DNA from: Stylophora pistillata
Taxonomy: Eukaryota
Assembly: GCF_002571385.2 (NCBI RefSeq)
Contig: NW_019218206.1
Coordinates: 179,902 to 243,901, forward strand
Reading direction: 5' to 3'
Length of the DNA stretch: 64,000 nucleotides
This document shows positions 1 through 11,894 of this stretch, piece after piece; within the stretch, counting starts at the first letter, position 1, and every line of letters starts with the position of its first letter. The notes under the pieces were generated by a model. It was given only the letters and a program-made list of their open reading frames with translations. It was not told the origin of the DNA and searched no databases. Both the position numbers and the translations under genes were made by a program.

Positions 1-95
1 CCCCGATGAAAGAGAGCCACTTGGCATTGAACTAAAAGGAACCTCTGACAATTTATAATCAAAGTTCCCCAGGGACAGGCGTCAGGAAATGTCAC

Positions 96-1598
96 CTATG
101 CCAGATTATAATAATCCAGCAAAATCTGACGCACGGGAACCAATACGCTGATAAATATTGAACAGTGATATCGATATGATTGTGAACCGTCTTTTTCGTC
201 GGGGTAAGTTGGGATCCGTGAGTTCGTGTCTTGTTCTGTGGGGCGTGATGTGGTTGTACATGGCAGACGTGTCGGCTTGGTTCTGTACCAACACAGTAGA
301 TCGGGCATGCACCATGGCTTTTTGGTCAGAGTGATCCAATTAGTAACAAAACAGCGTCTCTGGATCAATTGGCTCTCCGCATTCGACTTTCTGTAAAGTA
401 AGAGGGAAGATACAAGCCATCTGGTAAGGGCGAGGGCTAGTGTTGTAGCGAGGGGAGAAACCCGTCGGCTACAGTGAAAAATTGAAACTTAACGAAAAAT
501 TTAATCAGAGAGAAGAAAAAAAATAACTGGTGTGACCGGCTGAGTTTGGAGCAAGTGATTTTTGGGTAGCCTTCACTCTACACTTTACAATAATGTATGG
601 AGGAGTGTTACAAACTGATTCTTAATTTTGCGGTATACGTACGTCACTGACTACTGCTTGAAAGTATAAAAGAAAGAGATTAATTGGTCTTTACGGGACT
701 TTCGGAAAACCCCGACAGTGACACCAACGAGAACGCATCGGAATACAAATATATAAAAGACAATGGCTCTGCACATTCGTGCATGAAAACTTTATGGATT
801 TTCAAAAAAATGAGAACGGGAGATCATTAAAGTTTGCAAAATGTGAGGTTGGGAACCCTCCATTGACATTTTGTGCTAAAAGGGAGTTCTGGCAAGGTTA
901 ATTAGAGAAGTTTAACTTATAGAAATACTCTCGAGATTCCTATGAACAATAAAACTTCATTGTTAGGACGCCATTTAACTTGATGTCACCATCATAATAT
1001 CTTACTGTATGCTTAATAAGAAAAGAAACCTTGACTGTGCTCTGTTCTGTTAGAAAGGAGGCAGGAAGTGGCTAGAGCGCGAAAGAGGTGTAGGGAAAAA
1101 CACGGTACGTAGTCTAGTGTTTCTCTCCACTTCTCCCAGCTCGCTTGTCCGGAAATTCCACTTTCAGTTATCGAAAAAAAAACTAGAGAGAAGTCCGGGA
1201 AATGGTCGAACATAGAACAAATTGTCAGGAAAATGGGGTGACAGCTTTAGCTTAGCTACGTGCTCTGTACTCTGTTAGAGCATGCACTTTCAACCAATGA
1301 CAGTGCTTGTTGTATCCGAACTTTACTATAATTCCTAATAGGGAAAATAAAAAGTGATCAATTGAAAGATCCTCTTAAAACAGGAGGTACTTACCGGTAG
1401 CCCCTCCTCCCAGTCAGCCGGGCAATCGATGCTGTTACAATATCGAACTTTCTTAGAAATGCTTGGTTTCTTATTAGCAGCACAGCTTGTGCTTGGCCCA
1501 TAATCTGTAGGGTTGATCTTCTTACGGCAGATAACTTCATGTGTTTGTACCCCATTGCCACATGATTTGGAGCATGGTGACCAATCAGTGGTATGCCA
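96..1598 (-). pseudogene. Degenerate 3' exons of an ADAMTS/ADAMTSL-like thrombospondin type-1 repeat gene (homologous to 61294-62811)
   Basis: Exon 1395-1598 (AG/GT bounded) reads WHTTDWSPCSKSCGNGVQTHEVICRKK...YCNSIDCPADW, a TSP1 motif (WSxCSxSCG). Relative to the 62601-62811 copy it has lost 7 nt, which changes phase. The terminal exon 96-~391 is frameshifted relative to 61294-61593. Confidence 0.7.
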
Positions 1599-2096
1599 CT
1601 GAAAGCAAGATATCTTGAGTTACTTATAATAGTGACATTTAGTACCAGGGTTTTCAGCGGAAACCTCGAACGTCAAACCGGTGGAGGTCACGTGATCAAG
1701 CCGTGCGGTCACGTTGGGAGTTCTGAACGCGCGTTTTCAACGCCAAGAGGTGGGTTTTCACGTAAGTGATTGACCTGAACGTTTTTTATCCTGAATTTGT
1801 AATTATGCCACGTACAAATCAGAAGGTTATGTAAACCAGTCTTTTTGGAACAAGTTTAGATATATCTTTTTAGCGAATGAGTGAAAATAAGACTTCTTGT
1901 TGCCGTTTGAAAATCAAACACTGCTGTTGTCTGGAAATTCAATACGGCGGCCTCTTCAATTTCATGTTTTTTTCGAAGTTTTCGGTCGCTAGTGGCCTTC
2001 TGTGAGCTCATAAATAAGGGTTTTCTCACCTTTAAGGTTTATTATTCAAGCAGCAGTAGATGGTATCTGAGAAAACTTAAATTTTTTTAATTCCAG

Positions 2097-3831
2097 GGTA
2101 TCATGTTCCATTCCGATGGCCAGAGGTGCAGCACGAGCTGGCCCTTGCAAAGAAATTGGCAAAGTGTTTCTCTGAAAAGCTCCAAGAGTGGGACGAAGTA
2201 GCTAAAATTAACTCAGCAAAGCTTTTTCTACTGATGATAAACAAGTAGAGGATGTCAAGAAAAGATGGATAGAATACTTGAGAAATACTAATCGGAGGAC
2301 GCCAAAGCTTTGAAAGGATAAGAATGTCCCAACACTTCAATTCGATAAAAGCGTGGTTACTCCTTTTATGTTCTACATTTTCAGTGAACCTGTATTTAAT
2401 GGTCATCCTGTATTAAGCGGTCAGTTTTGAAAGTCCCGAAAATTTCTCCCCTTATTTATTGCAAGTTTTGTGACCTCTATTAGCGGCCACCTCTTTTAGC
2501 AGTAGCGGTCACCTTTTACGATGCAATTAGGTCCCAACGAGTGTATTTTTATTGTATTAAGCAATCACTTCATAGAGTAACAGGATACCATCCGAATGTG
2601 TAATCAAATATAACTAAACTAGTACTCAAAAGCTGTAGTTTATTTTATTACAAATGAGCAAGAGATATAAATTTCTTTCAACGACCAATAAAAAGGTATG
2701 TAGGGCTGAACACTGAAAATCAAATTCTTTATTCAGTAGAGGTAGAACCTAAATTAAACAATCAACCTGTATAAAGCTGCTGGTGACCATTTTACTCAAG
2801 TTTGACCGTAATTAGATTTTGAAAGGTCAAGCACAGAAGAGGAGCTGACTAAGCTGCAGCAGCTCTGTGAGGATATAACTACATACAGAAGAGATACAAA
2901 GATGAGGAAGACAGAAGAGGAGGTAAAGAAAAAGAAAGAGGGGGATGAGTTTGACAGACAGAAAGCTGAGGAAATGAGAAAGGCAGCTGTAGAAAGATTA
3001 GCAAGTTAATAATTACAACATAATAATTTTATAGCTGCATTACCATTAAGTGTTAATCATCCAACTGTTCCGAAAAGAGATTATAAATATTTCAGGCATA
3101 AGGTTGATGCTTCCAACTGGGTTCTGAGCTTACAGATATTGGAAACAGTGAGATGTTGGATAATGTTTAATGAGCAGTGTCACTAAACATTTTTGCTGGC
3201 CCAAATAGCCTTGAAAAGATATTGGAGAGTCCAAAAATATTCAACAATCACTGCAAGCTCATGATTACATAGAATTTACCAGATGATTTCACCCAATCAG
3301 ACAAGAAGAGATTTTTTGGAGGAATAAGTAGCTAAGCAACATTGTATAGTGTATGAATGTGAATATATGAAAATCATATATTTGAACTGTGGATTGAAGA
3401 ATGAATGTGTGATTCATCATTGCAGTTATGAACGCTTATTAAGCAGTAATGAAAATAAAGGCCAAAAAAATTCAGGCTTGTGTGGGAGTCAAACTCATGA
3501 CCTCTGCATTACTGCTGCAGTGCTCTGCACCAGGAATGCAGAGGTCATGGGGTCGACTCCTGCACAAGCTGGAATTTCTTTTGGGTTTTATTTTCACTAC
3601 TGCTTAATCAGTGTTCATAACTGTGATGATCATTCACATATTCATTGTACAGTATATATGCAGTCAAAAGTAGCTCACCTGTGAATCCTGATCAAATTTT
3701 CACTGTTCAAAGCTGATTTAGTTTCAAATTTTTTTTCCTTTTAGGGTGTCGCAGTGATACATGTAAGTCTGATGAAGAAGATTCGAGGGGGGGTGGGAGT
3801 TCTGATAGTGACCAAAGCACTTCTTTGAGAG
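2097..3831 (+). mobile_element. Degenerate spliced Myb/SANT-like ORF remnant, PIF/Harbinger ORF1-like (duplicate at 12738-14472)
   Basis: Putative exons 2097-~2316, 2826-3004 and 3745-3831. With frameshifts and stops they translate to FRWPEVQHELALAK...EWDEVAK...C..RMDRILEKY..DAKALK / STEEELTKLQQLCEDI...RQKAEEMRKAAVERL, a trihelix-like domain plus coiled coil. Homology to the 62.8-kb region stops at ~1633, consistent with an insertion. Confidence 0.45.
3400..3646. repeat. Imperfect palindrome made of two inverted tRNA-derived SINE-like halves (duplicate at 14041-14287)
   Basis: The ~120-bp arms are reverse complements (AATGAATGTGTG...CATGACCTCTGCATT vs AATGCAGAGGTCATG...CACATATTCATT) and contain B-box-like GGGTCGACTCC. 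A single arm of the same family lies at ~48499-48645. Confidence 0.7.
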
Positions 3832-4341
3832 GTACATTACTTTAGTGTATAAATATTCAACACTGATTGATCTTTTAAAACCTCTCTGTTTGATTACAGT
3901 CTAATAGCTGTGGCTATAGTGCATTTACAGAAAGCACTGACCATGCCCAGCTATTTTCAAACAGTATTTTTGTGAGTGCCTTAGACATGTATTTCAAAGC
4001 CTTTTACGGAACAAAAACATTTGTCACCTTTGGTTCGATTTTTTGAGGGTTCAAAATTTCTCAAACCAACTTGATTTTTAAATCTCTTCAATAGCTCAAA
4101 CAGTATTTCAGTGAAACACTCATAAATAGTGTAGTGGTTGTTCGTACTTAAACAGTTTTTCGAGTAAATTGTACAAACTTCTGTAAATTTGATATAATAC
4201 TTAATTTCACTCTATTGCTTGGTAATAAAATGTAAGATAAGATAAGAAATCAAACTTCTTTGAAAAAAATTTGAGGCAACAATTACAATCATTGATCATT
4301 AACTGATATTATATATAGGTTCAAAGAGAAAAAAAAATCTG

Positions 4342-4618
4342 TGTTTAACTTCATAGTTAAACTCAGATGTCCTCCATTGTTAATCTGCTTTATCACTTTT
4401 TTTGTAACAATTGAGGATTCGAGACTGTTTAACTTCAAAGTAGAACTCAGGTGTCCTCCACTGTTAAAGACTTGGTAATTTATTTTTGTGACAATTGAGC
4501 ATTTTAGATTGTTTGAATTCATAGTAGAACTGAGATGTCCTCCACTGTTAATCTACTTTGTAACATTTTTTGTAAAAACTGAGCATTCTAGATTGTTTGA
4601 ATTCATAGTGGAACTGAT
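4342..4618. repeat. 84-bp minisatellite, ~3.3 copies (also 14983-15259; diverged at ~51145-51455)
   Basis: Units start TGTTT(A/G)A(A/C)TTCA at 4342, 4426, 4510 and 4594. Confidence 0.85.
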
Positions 4619-5002
4619 AAAATAGAAATAAAAGTATTTTCAAATTAAACTCCAGAGCTCATGAAATTGTTGCGACCGTTGAACGATTGAAACATGCCTC
4701 ATACTTGGAGTCCTAGGGCCGAATAATCGTGCGGCTAGAAATGAAAGGCGCCTTAGGCTCACGAAAATATTTACGCAGAGGGCAAATGAGCCAGGCTCTC
4801 ACCCACAAAGCTACTGGTACCTTTTTTTTGAGTCAAGCCGAAATTCCTGTTATATTTTGGTCTCACCGGCATATATTTCTGTTGGTCCCTAAGGATCAAC
4901 TCATCTGAGCATGGATGTCAGTTGTTTGAAAATAAACTGAAAATTATTATGAACGCAAAAGGAGATAAATCATCCTGTAACCTACTTAACATGTCGATGC
5001 TT

Positions 5003-8000
5003 TTAAGCATCGACAGAAATTGTCTTAATAATGTCTTTACATTTGGTGGCTGTTGGCCTCAAACTTGAGTCGGATTGCCAACTCGATGTCATGAGCTCTA
5101 TCCATTTTGCTGGAGGGAGATTACCATTCTCGGGAATTTGTGGACGATAATCCTCGTCTTTAATTCGTGTAGTAAAGAATTCTTCACGGCGTAGTTCGGT
5201 AAAGACGCGTTTCCCAAACCACATTTCCCACATCATGAGACCAAAACTGTATATATCCACCTTTGTGCTGTAAAGTTTGCCTTCCATTACTTCCGGTGCC
5301 ATATACGGTTGAGTCCCACACATTGTGCCAATGATTTTGTCTTCAAAGGTTGCTAGGCCCAAGTCTGCAACTTTGATGTAATCATCTTTTGAGATCTGCA
5401 AATAATGTCAGGCAAAGTTAGTTTCCTGAAAAGGTTTCTTAATTTACAAAACATCAATCCAAAAAAGAACCCCTATTTGCTCCGGCTTTAGGTTAAACTC
5501 TTTGTCCCTTTGCCAAGTACCTGTATATTTCAAATTTTCAAAACGGTGGTAGAGACAGCATAGGAGCCAATAAACTCACCTTGCCGCAGCTTATCCCGAT
5601 TTCATTCGCATAAAATCGACCAAGATAATTTTACATGCAAATTTTTCAAATGACCAAGAAAAAACTCGAGTCATCTAATGCTCATTTCGAACAACTTAAA
5701 TATTAAGAGAATAAAGTGTGGCTAAAGGACTCATCTCGCCGCAGCTCATCCCGATTTCAATGGAATCTTACATGCAACTTTTTAAAATAACCGAGAAAAA
5801 ATTCGCATTGATCAAATGCTCATTTCGAGCAAATGAAATATTAAGCTAATAAAGTGTGACGCCGTAATAATTTATGCACTGGTGGTGGAGTCAGAGTATT
5901 CTCCAACATGTGAACCTAACATCTGAGCTGATGTGGTCATTGGATGAGTTTTTGCTTCGGATATTTTTACAATGGTTACCAAATCGAGATTTCCGGCAGA
6001 TTACTGTTGAAACAGTCATTGATATATCGGAAAAGTCTAGCCAGCACTTTTTTTCCGAGGTCATTTTAGGATTACGTAATTTCCATTACCTAATTTCCAT
6101 TACCTAATTTCCATTACCTAATTTCTAATTTCCTAATTACTGACTCACCAGAATTTTCTCTTTGTCCTACGATTGTGACAACACAAAGAAAGGATAATTT
6201 TTCATTTTGATCATTAAAATCTGGTCTGGTTTATAATTGATCACATTTCATCCTCTATCAACTCACTAGAATGTTGGCTAGCTTGAGATCCCGATGGACA
6301 ACATTCTTGCTATGGATGAATTCAAGCGCATCTAAGATTTGTTTTGCCCGGGGCATGATCCAAGCTGCTGCACTGGCCGTCTTCCATGGAATGTACTCAT
6401 CATTTTCAAAGATTTGCTGGTTTAGGCTCCTGATACACAAGTCAAACACTAGAACCAGTGAAACGAGTTCTCGGTTTTGAACGTCTATGCCCACTCCATA
6501 AAATGTAACGATGTGCTTGTGTTCAAGTTGCCTGCGTGAAAGATGGTGACCAAATTAATATTGAGTTAGGCTAAGTACCCGGGTGTTCAAATTGCAATGA
6601 ATTCACCAGGGTAGTCTTTTTTTTAAGCCTTCTGAAAGTGAGCTGTGAAAGCGTAAAAGTGCGATCCGATTAGCAATCTTTTCTAACAGTTTATGATAAT
6701 GTATAAATTTTAGGCCCCATTCCCTGGAGTAAAATTAACGATGCTTTACAATTTACTGTAAAATGATGGTGAAAAGCAAGAGCTTATTTATTGCTTGGAA
6801 TTTTACCACCCAAGAATCTATATACTCACATCTGATTGAATAACGGAAGGATTAACTGGATTATTTAAAATGGAAATGGCACCAAATAATTTCAATTGTA
6901 GTTAATTGTTCCTAATCTGCAGATTGGGGAGGATAAAATTAAGTGCACCTGCGATCAGTCAATTGAATCTCAGCAGAGGCCATTTCACAGAGTGACTCCA
7001 TTATTTTTTAAATTAAATTGTGTTAGTTTAGCATAAATAATTATAGTAAAGGAAGAAAAAAAACAGAGAATCCCTGGGAAAACTCTTAAATGCAAGGACA
7101 ACAACTAATAACAAGGTCAATCCGCATGTAACACCAGGTACGATAATCGAACCCACGCCATAGGAGTCGAGCGCTTTCACTTCTGCATGAGGTAAAAGCA
7201 CTGTTCCCTAGCTATTCTGATCTAAAAAACTTACTTTAGCATCGCTGCTTCTTTTAGAAAGGTAGCAACATTTGATTTATCAGGATGCTCCCGGATCTTT
7301 TTGACTGCAACATCTGTTTTTTCATGTCCAGGAGGAGAGTATCTTCCTTTGAAAACCGTCCCATAAGTGCCTTTACCAAGGTGAGCCTCTCTTTCTTTCT
7401 CATTGTAATTAAGTCGTCTCAAATCAAGCTGGCAAGATGGGTACATCACCTGTATTCCATTTTGGATCGCATCGAATATCAAGTTTTCATTCATGTTCTT
7501 CAAGTTTGAGTGCAATGGACTATATTTTTCTAGGATCTCTTTTTCCCTTGATTCGTCTTCGCTCTTTGTCAGATCTTTGCATCGCTGCTCGTATTTGGTG
7601 ATTAACTGTTGGTGACACCTCTTGATTTTTGCAATGCGATTCGTCTCCTCGCTGAATCTGTCTTGAACATAACTGGGGATTTTATTTCTGATGAAGTCGT
7701 CAAGGAACTTCTTCGAGAGGTCTGTTAGTGTTTGACAACAATTGTTCTTCAGTTGAAGTTCCTTTAAATGCTTTCCAAATGCCAGTACCCCAAGGACGGG
7801 TGCAGTAAGAAATCCGGCAGTGAGGCCTACAGGTACCAAAACTGTCCATAAAATCAAACCAGTCATCACTAGAAATTTTCTCCTTCCTGGATCTAAGGGT
7901 GAGAAAATCCGGCCTGGGTGAATCTCAAAAGGTTGGCAATCTTCCACGTCACTCCCAGTAAGAACACGGTCGATGTCTCGAATTTCTCTCTCAAACTCTA

Positions 8001-11000
8001 GGAAACCTTTGTTAAATAGTGCTTCCAGTTCTGCGCGTGCTTGCGTGAAAAAATTCGTTCTTCTTTCCCAGTTTTGGAGGAGAGTCTCGAATCGTTGTTC
8101 AATGCATCTGCTAAATGCCTCCTTCATCTTTGAAAAGTTTTGACCCTCTTCCGTTTTAGGCAGAGGGTTTTCTGTCCACCTGCAAAAGTTTCTTTTAAAT
8201 TCATCAGTTTGTAGGTAGGAAGCAAGTTCTTGTTCCACTTGTTTCACATACAAAATTATGGCGCCCTCGATTTCTCGGATGGGGTTGCCTTCTTTAAGCT
8301 TGCTGAGTTTCTCGTCAAGTTCCTCCCGAGCCTTGAGACGTTCTTCTTTGTTCCTTTTGGCGTTATACATTTCGCCTTTCAGCTGATCGGACAAGCTGCA
8401 GAGCTGGCCGCTAATCCAGCTGTCAAACAGAGCATAAAGATTGATTAACTGCATGTTAAAAAGCTGTTTTCTTCTCGTTTAGTCGAATGCGACTCATTTT
8501 CTTAAATTTGTTTTCCTTCAAAAGTCTTTTGGATTGATTCTTAACTTCATAAGACCAGTTGAATAACGTTTATGCAAGCTTAGTATTTCGGATTTCTTTT
8601 CGGAAGTGAGCAAATATTCATTTCGAACACGGTTTGGAAACACTTCGCAACGTCTTGATTTAAATGTATCTACTGGGAAACATTTTTCTGTAGCTCTTTC
8701 CGGCCGTAAAAAGGTATTGAATTTATAGCACATCTACAACGCCCTCTTTGATAGAAAAGTGTCACATCTAGTTGGATCGGATTAACAATAATCTGTACCC
8801 CTTGGCTTCTACAAACAGATTTATCCTCAAGGGTTGAGGGAAATTGGAAAAAGTTTTCCTTAGTAACGTGTGTTTAAGATATTGGATAATTAGAACAAAG
8901 TGTGAAATCAAACTTACAAGTAGAAAAATTCTGTTTTTCTCTCAATGCAAAGTGGCAGAAGACGCTGTAGTCGATTCACAAGACTGTTGAGATCATCACT
9001 CATTACGTTGAATTTCTTTTGTACAGATGTGGCTCTCGAGACTGACATCTTAATAATTTGGAATTTTCCATCCAGTCCAGGAATGTTCTTTTTGAGAGAG
9101 TCGATGATGTGCCTTTCAGGATTTTCCTCCTGATTTCGGTTAGACTGCTCTTCCACCTCGTCCCACTTGTTACAGACAAAAATAGCAGACTCGGAAGGGA
9201 TGCCACAGCCATCTTTTCCCTTGTAGAGTTTTATCCATTCACTCAAGATAAGCATCAGCTGAAAGATTTTTCGCAAAAACTAGATTTTAAGAATGGAAAA
9301 TCATATTTGCTGTCGGGGCATTTTATTTGAAAACAATTAAAATGGGGTGATGCGTCTTTATGAGTGACCCATATTTTGATCTGAACATAATATATGTTTA
9401 CTCAACAGTGTATGAGATAGAAAGCAAATCATAAGTTTACCCTGTCCTTTTGTAATCCTCCAGCGTTTGGAGTGTTTATCACGTAGATAAAGGCGTAGGC
9501 TCGACTTAAGTATTTCAAGGTGATCTCACTGACGCTCTTTGAATCGCCAATTCCGGGGCTGTCTATGATCACTACACCACCCTAAAGAGAGAGAAACGAA
9601 TACTTATTAAGTATTTGAATGAATAGTGATCCATTTTTATGCTGTTTGGTCGTGCATAAACTCCTAGTGCGATTTTCCTATTCACTAGGATCATCATCGT
9701 CAATATAGAGGCGAGCTACAGCTCAACTCAGCACAATACAGAAAAGAACGGTAGAGCTCATTATCAACCTAACACACCTGATGAAACAGAGTACTAAACG
9801 AAAGATATATACCTAGGTCTGTTTTGATACATGTCCACCGGCTTCACCAGTGATGTTGTCCCTATACAACAGCGAGCGGGGAGAGGAGAGAAAAAGTGTT
9901 TTGTAATTGGCTAAAACGCTTGTGCCAGTAAGGGCTCGAGAAGTGTATACCTTGGATTTTTTTTCAGCTGTTTATCAAAGATTATTACTATACCATGCAG
10001 AACTGTTTGATTATCCCAGTTACTTTTATTGTACGCACACAAAAAGTCTTATCACCTTCAATAGTAAATTTGGAATCCTGATCTCTATCTTCTCACACCA
10101 GTTTTCATCCTCTATTGGTTTTTTAATGTAATCTTTATACTTGTCAAATCTCTGCCCGGTAAGGACAAGAGATAACCCACGTCTATTAGCGAAGTGCAGG
10201 ACAGCTTCTTTGATCGCTCCATACGATATTTCGCATATGGTCAATGTACTCTGCTTTATACTGATTGGCATTATGGAGTCGTTAAGTAAGAGGTTAATAA
10301 GACTGCTTTTTCCAGCGCTGGTTTCTCCTGTTTTAGGAAAATAGGAAGGGTTTTAAAGAATGAAACATGAATTACATTTCTATTATAGAGAATATTTGAA
10401 AATTAGCCGTTTTACACCCGTGGATTAAAGGCGATTCGTGCCTTCAGACTGATAATTTGTCGGACCACAACCGAGCTACATGGGTTAACCTCTAAAAATG
10501 ATTACCAAAATTCCCTAGTCATAAAATCCTTTGAAGCACCTGATGAAAATTTCCTTAGTATTTCCAAAACCTCAATTATTTTTTTGTTATTTTCATATTT
10601 CGTCACTGCTATAATTTTGTCTCAGGACTGGTAAGATTGCGAGGCGAAAGGAATGTAATGCAGACCAAGGGGCGTTGGGGAGAAGAGTTTTCCACGGCTT
10701 TCGGTATGAGGAAATGCTGACAATGAAAGATCAAAACTTTTAAGTATTGAGAGTGGCGAATGATGACTCAACCAAGAGGAACTAGTAATTAAGAAAAAAC
10801 CCTGAATTCTTCTGGGACAATCAGAATGGTTCAGAATGGTTTCAGGTCCACTGTTACAAGACTTACCAAGAATAAGAACAGGGTATCTCTTGGTTCCGAG
10901 ATCCTCAAGACGAACCTCAGCTTCCCTCCGAAAGTCATTTATCTCAGTCTCGCTAACTGCTTGAGTTTCCTGTAGATTTTCTTTAACTTTCAAATAGTAC

Positions 11001-11062
11001 TTTTCCAGGACTTGACGGCGATCGAGTGTTTGCTCTATATCGCCTAAGATTCGCTGATATCC
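5003..11062 (-). CDS. Dynamin-like GTPase / DSTYK-like kinase fusion, copy A (exons 2-8; exon 1 missing beyond the gap)
   Basis: GT-AG exons with consistent phases: 10867-11062, 10056-10327, 9441-9581, 8918-9258, 7235-8419, 6267-6531, 5003-5395. Motifs: G1 GETSAGKS, G3 DSPG, G4 NKWD; kinase GKGTYG, VAVK, HRDLKLAN, DLG, APE, DIYSFG. Confidence 0.85.
7066..7190 (-). mobile_element. Old tRNA-derived SINE fragment in kinase-gene intron 6 (orthologous copies at ~17707-17831 and ~53665-53790)
   Basis: The minus strand has A/B-box-like GTGAAAGCGCTCG...GGTTCGATTATC, followed by a CATGCGGATTGA.CTTGTT..TAGTT..TGTCCTTG-type body typical of invertebrate SINE2 elements. Confidence 0.55.
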
Positions 11063-11153
11063 CTAAACAAAGAATGATTAATTACAAAGAAGTAAAACGT
11101 TGTGAGTGGTTGCACCTAAAAGAGCTACTCGCTGAATCATTTTTATTGACAAA

Positions 11154-11894
11154 NNNNNNNNNNNNNNNNNNNNNNNNNNNNNNNNNNNNNNNNNNNNNNN
11201 NNNNNNNNNNNNNNNNNNNNNNNNNNNNNNNNNNNNNNNNNNNNNNNNNNNNNNNNNNNNNNNNNNNNNNNNNNNNNNNNNNNNNNNNNNNNNNNNNNNN
11301 NNNNNNNNNNNNNNNNNNNNNNNNNNNNNNNNNNNNNNNNNNNNNNNNNNNNNNNNNNNNNNNNNNNNNNNNNNNNNNNNNNNNNNNNNNNNNNNNNNNN
11401 NNNNNNNNNNNNNNNNNNNNNNNNNNNNNNNNNNNNNNNNNNNNNNNNNNNNNNNNNNNNNNNNNNNNNNNNNNNNNNNNNNNNNNNNNNNNNNNNNNNN
11501 NNNNNNNNNNNNNNNNNNNNNNNNNNNNNNNNNNNNNNNNNNNNNNNNNNNNNNNNNNNNNNNNNNNNNNNNNNNNNNNNNNNNNNNNNNNNNNNNNNNN
11601 NNNNNNNNNNNNNNNNNNNNNNNNNNNNNNNNNNNNNNNNNNNNNNNNNNNNNNNNNNNNNNNNNNNNNNNNNNNNNNNNNNNNNNNNNNNNNNNNNNNN
11701 NNNNNNNNNNNNNNNNNNNNNNNNNNNNNNNNNNNNNNNNNNNNNNNNNNNNNNNNNNNNNNNNNNNNNNNNNNNNNNNNNNNNNNNNNNNNNNNNNNNN
11801 NNNNNNNNNNNNNNNNNNNNNNNNNNNNNNNNNNNNNNNNNNNNNNNNNNNNNNNNNNNNNNNNNNNNNNNNNNNNNNNNNNNNNNNNNNNNNN
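11154..11894. other. Assembly gap (N run)
   Basis: 741 N bases. Confidence 1.

Larger units (their letters stand above)
1254..11153. repeat. 9.9-kb near-identical direct repeat, copy 1 (copy 2 = 11895-21794)
   Basis: Every ORF recurs at a constant offset of 10641 nt with scattered substitutions only. The two copies end and begin exactly at the edges of the N-gap 11154-11894. Confidence 0.95.

Noticed and set aside
6078-6135. 14-bp intronic repeat TAATTTCCATTACC x3
   Set aside because: Ordinary slippage repeat, absent in paralog C, with no sign of function.
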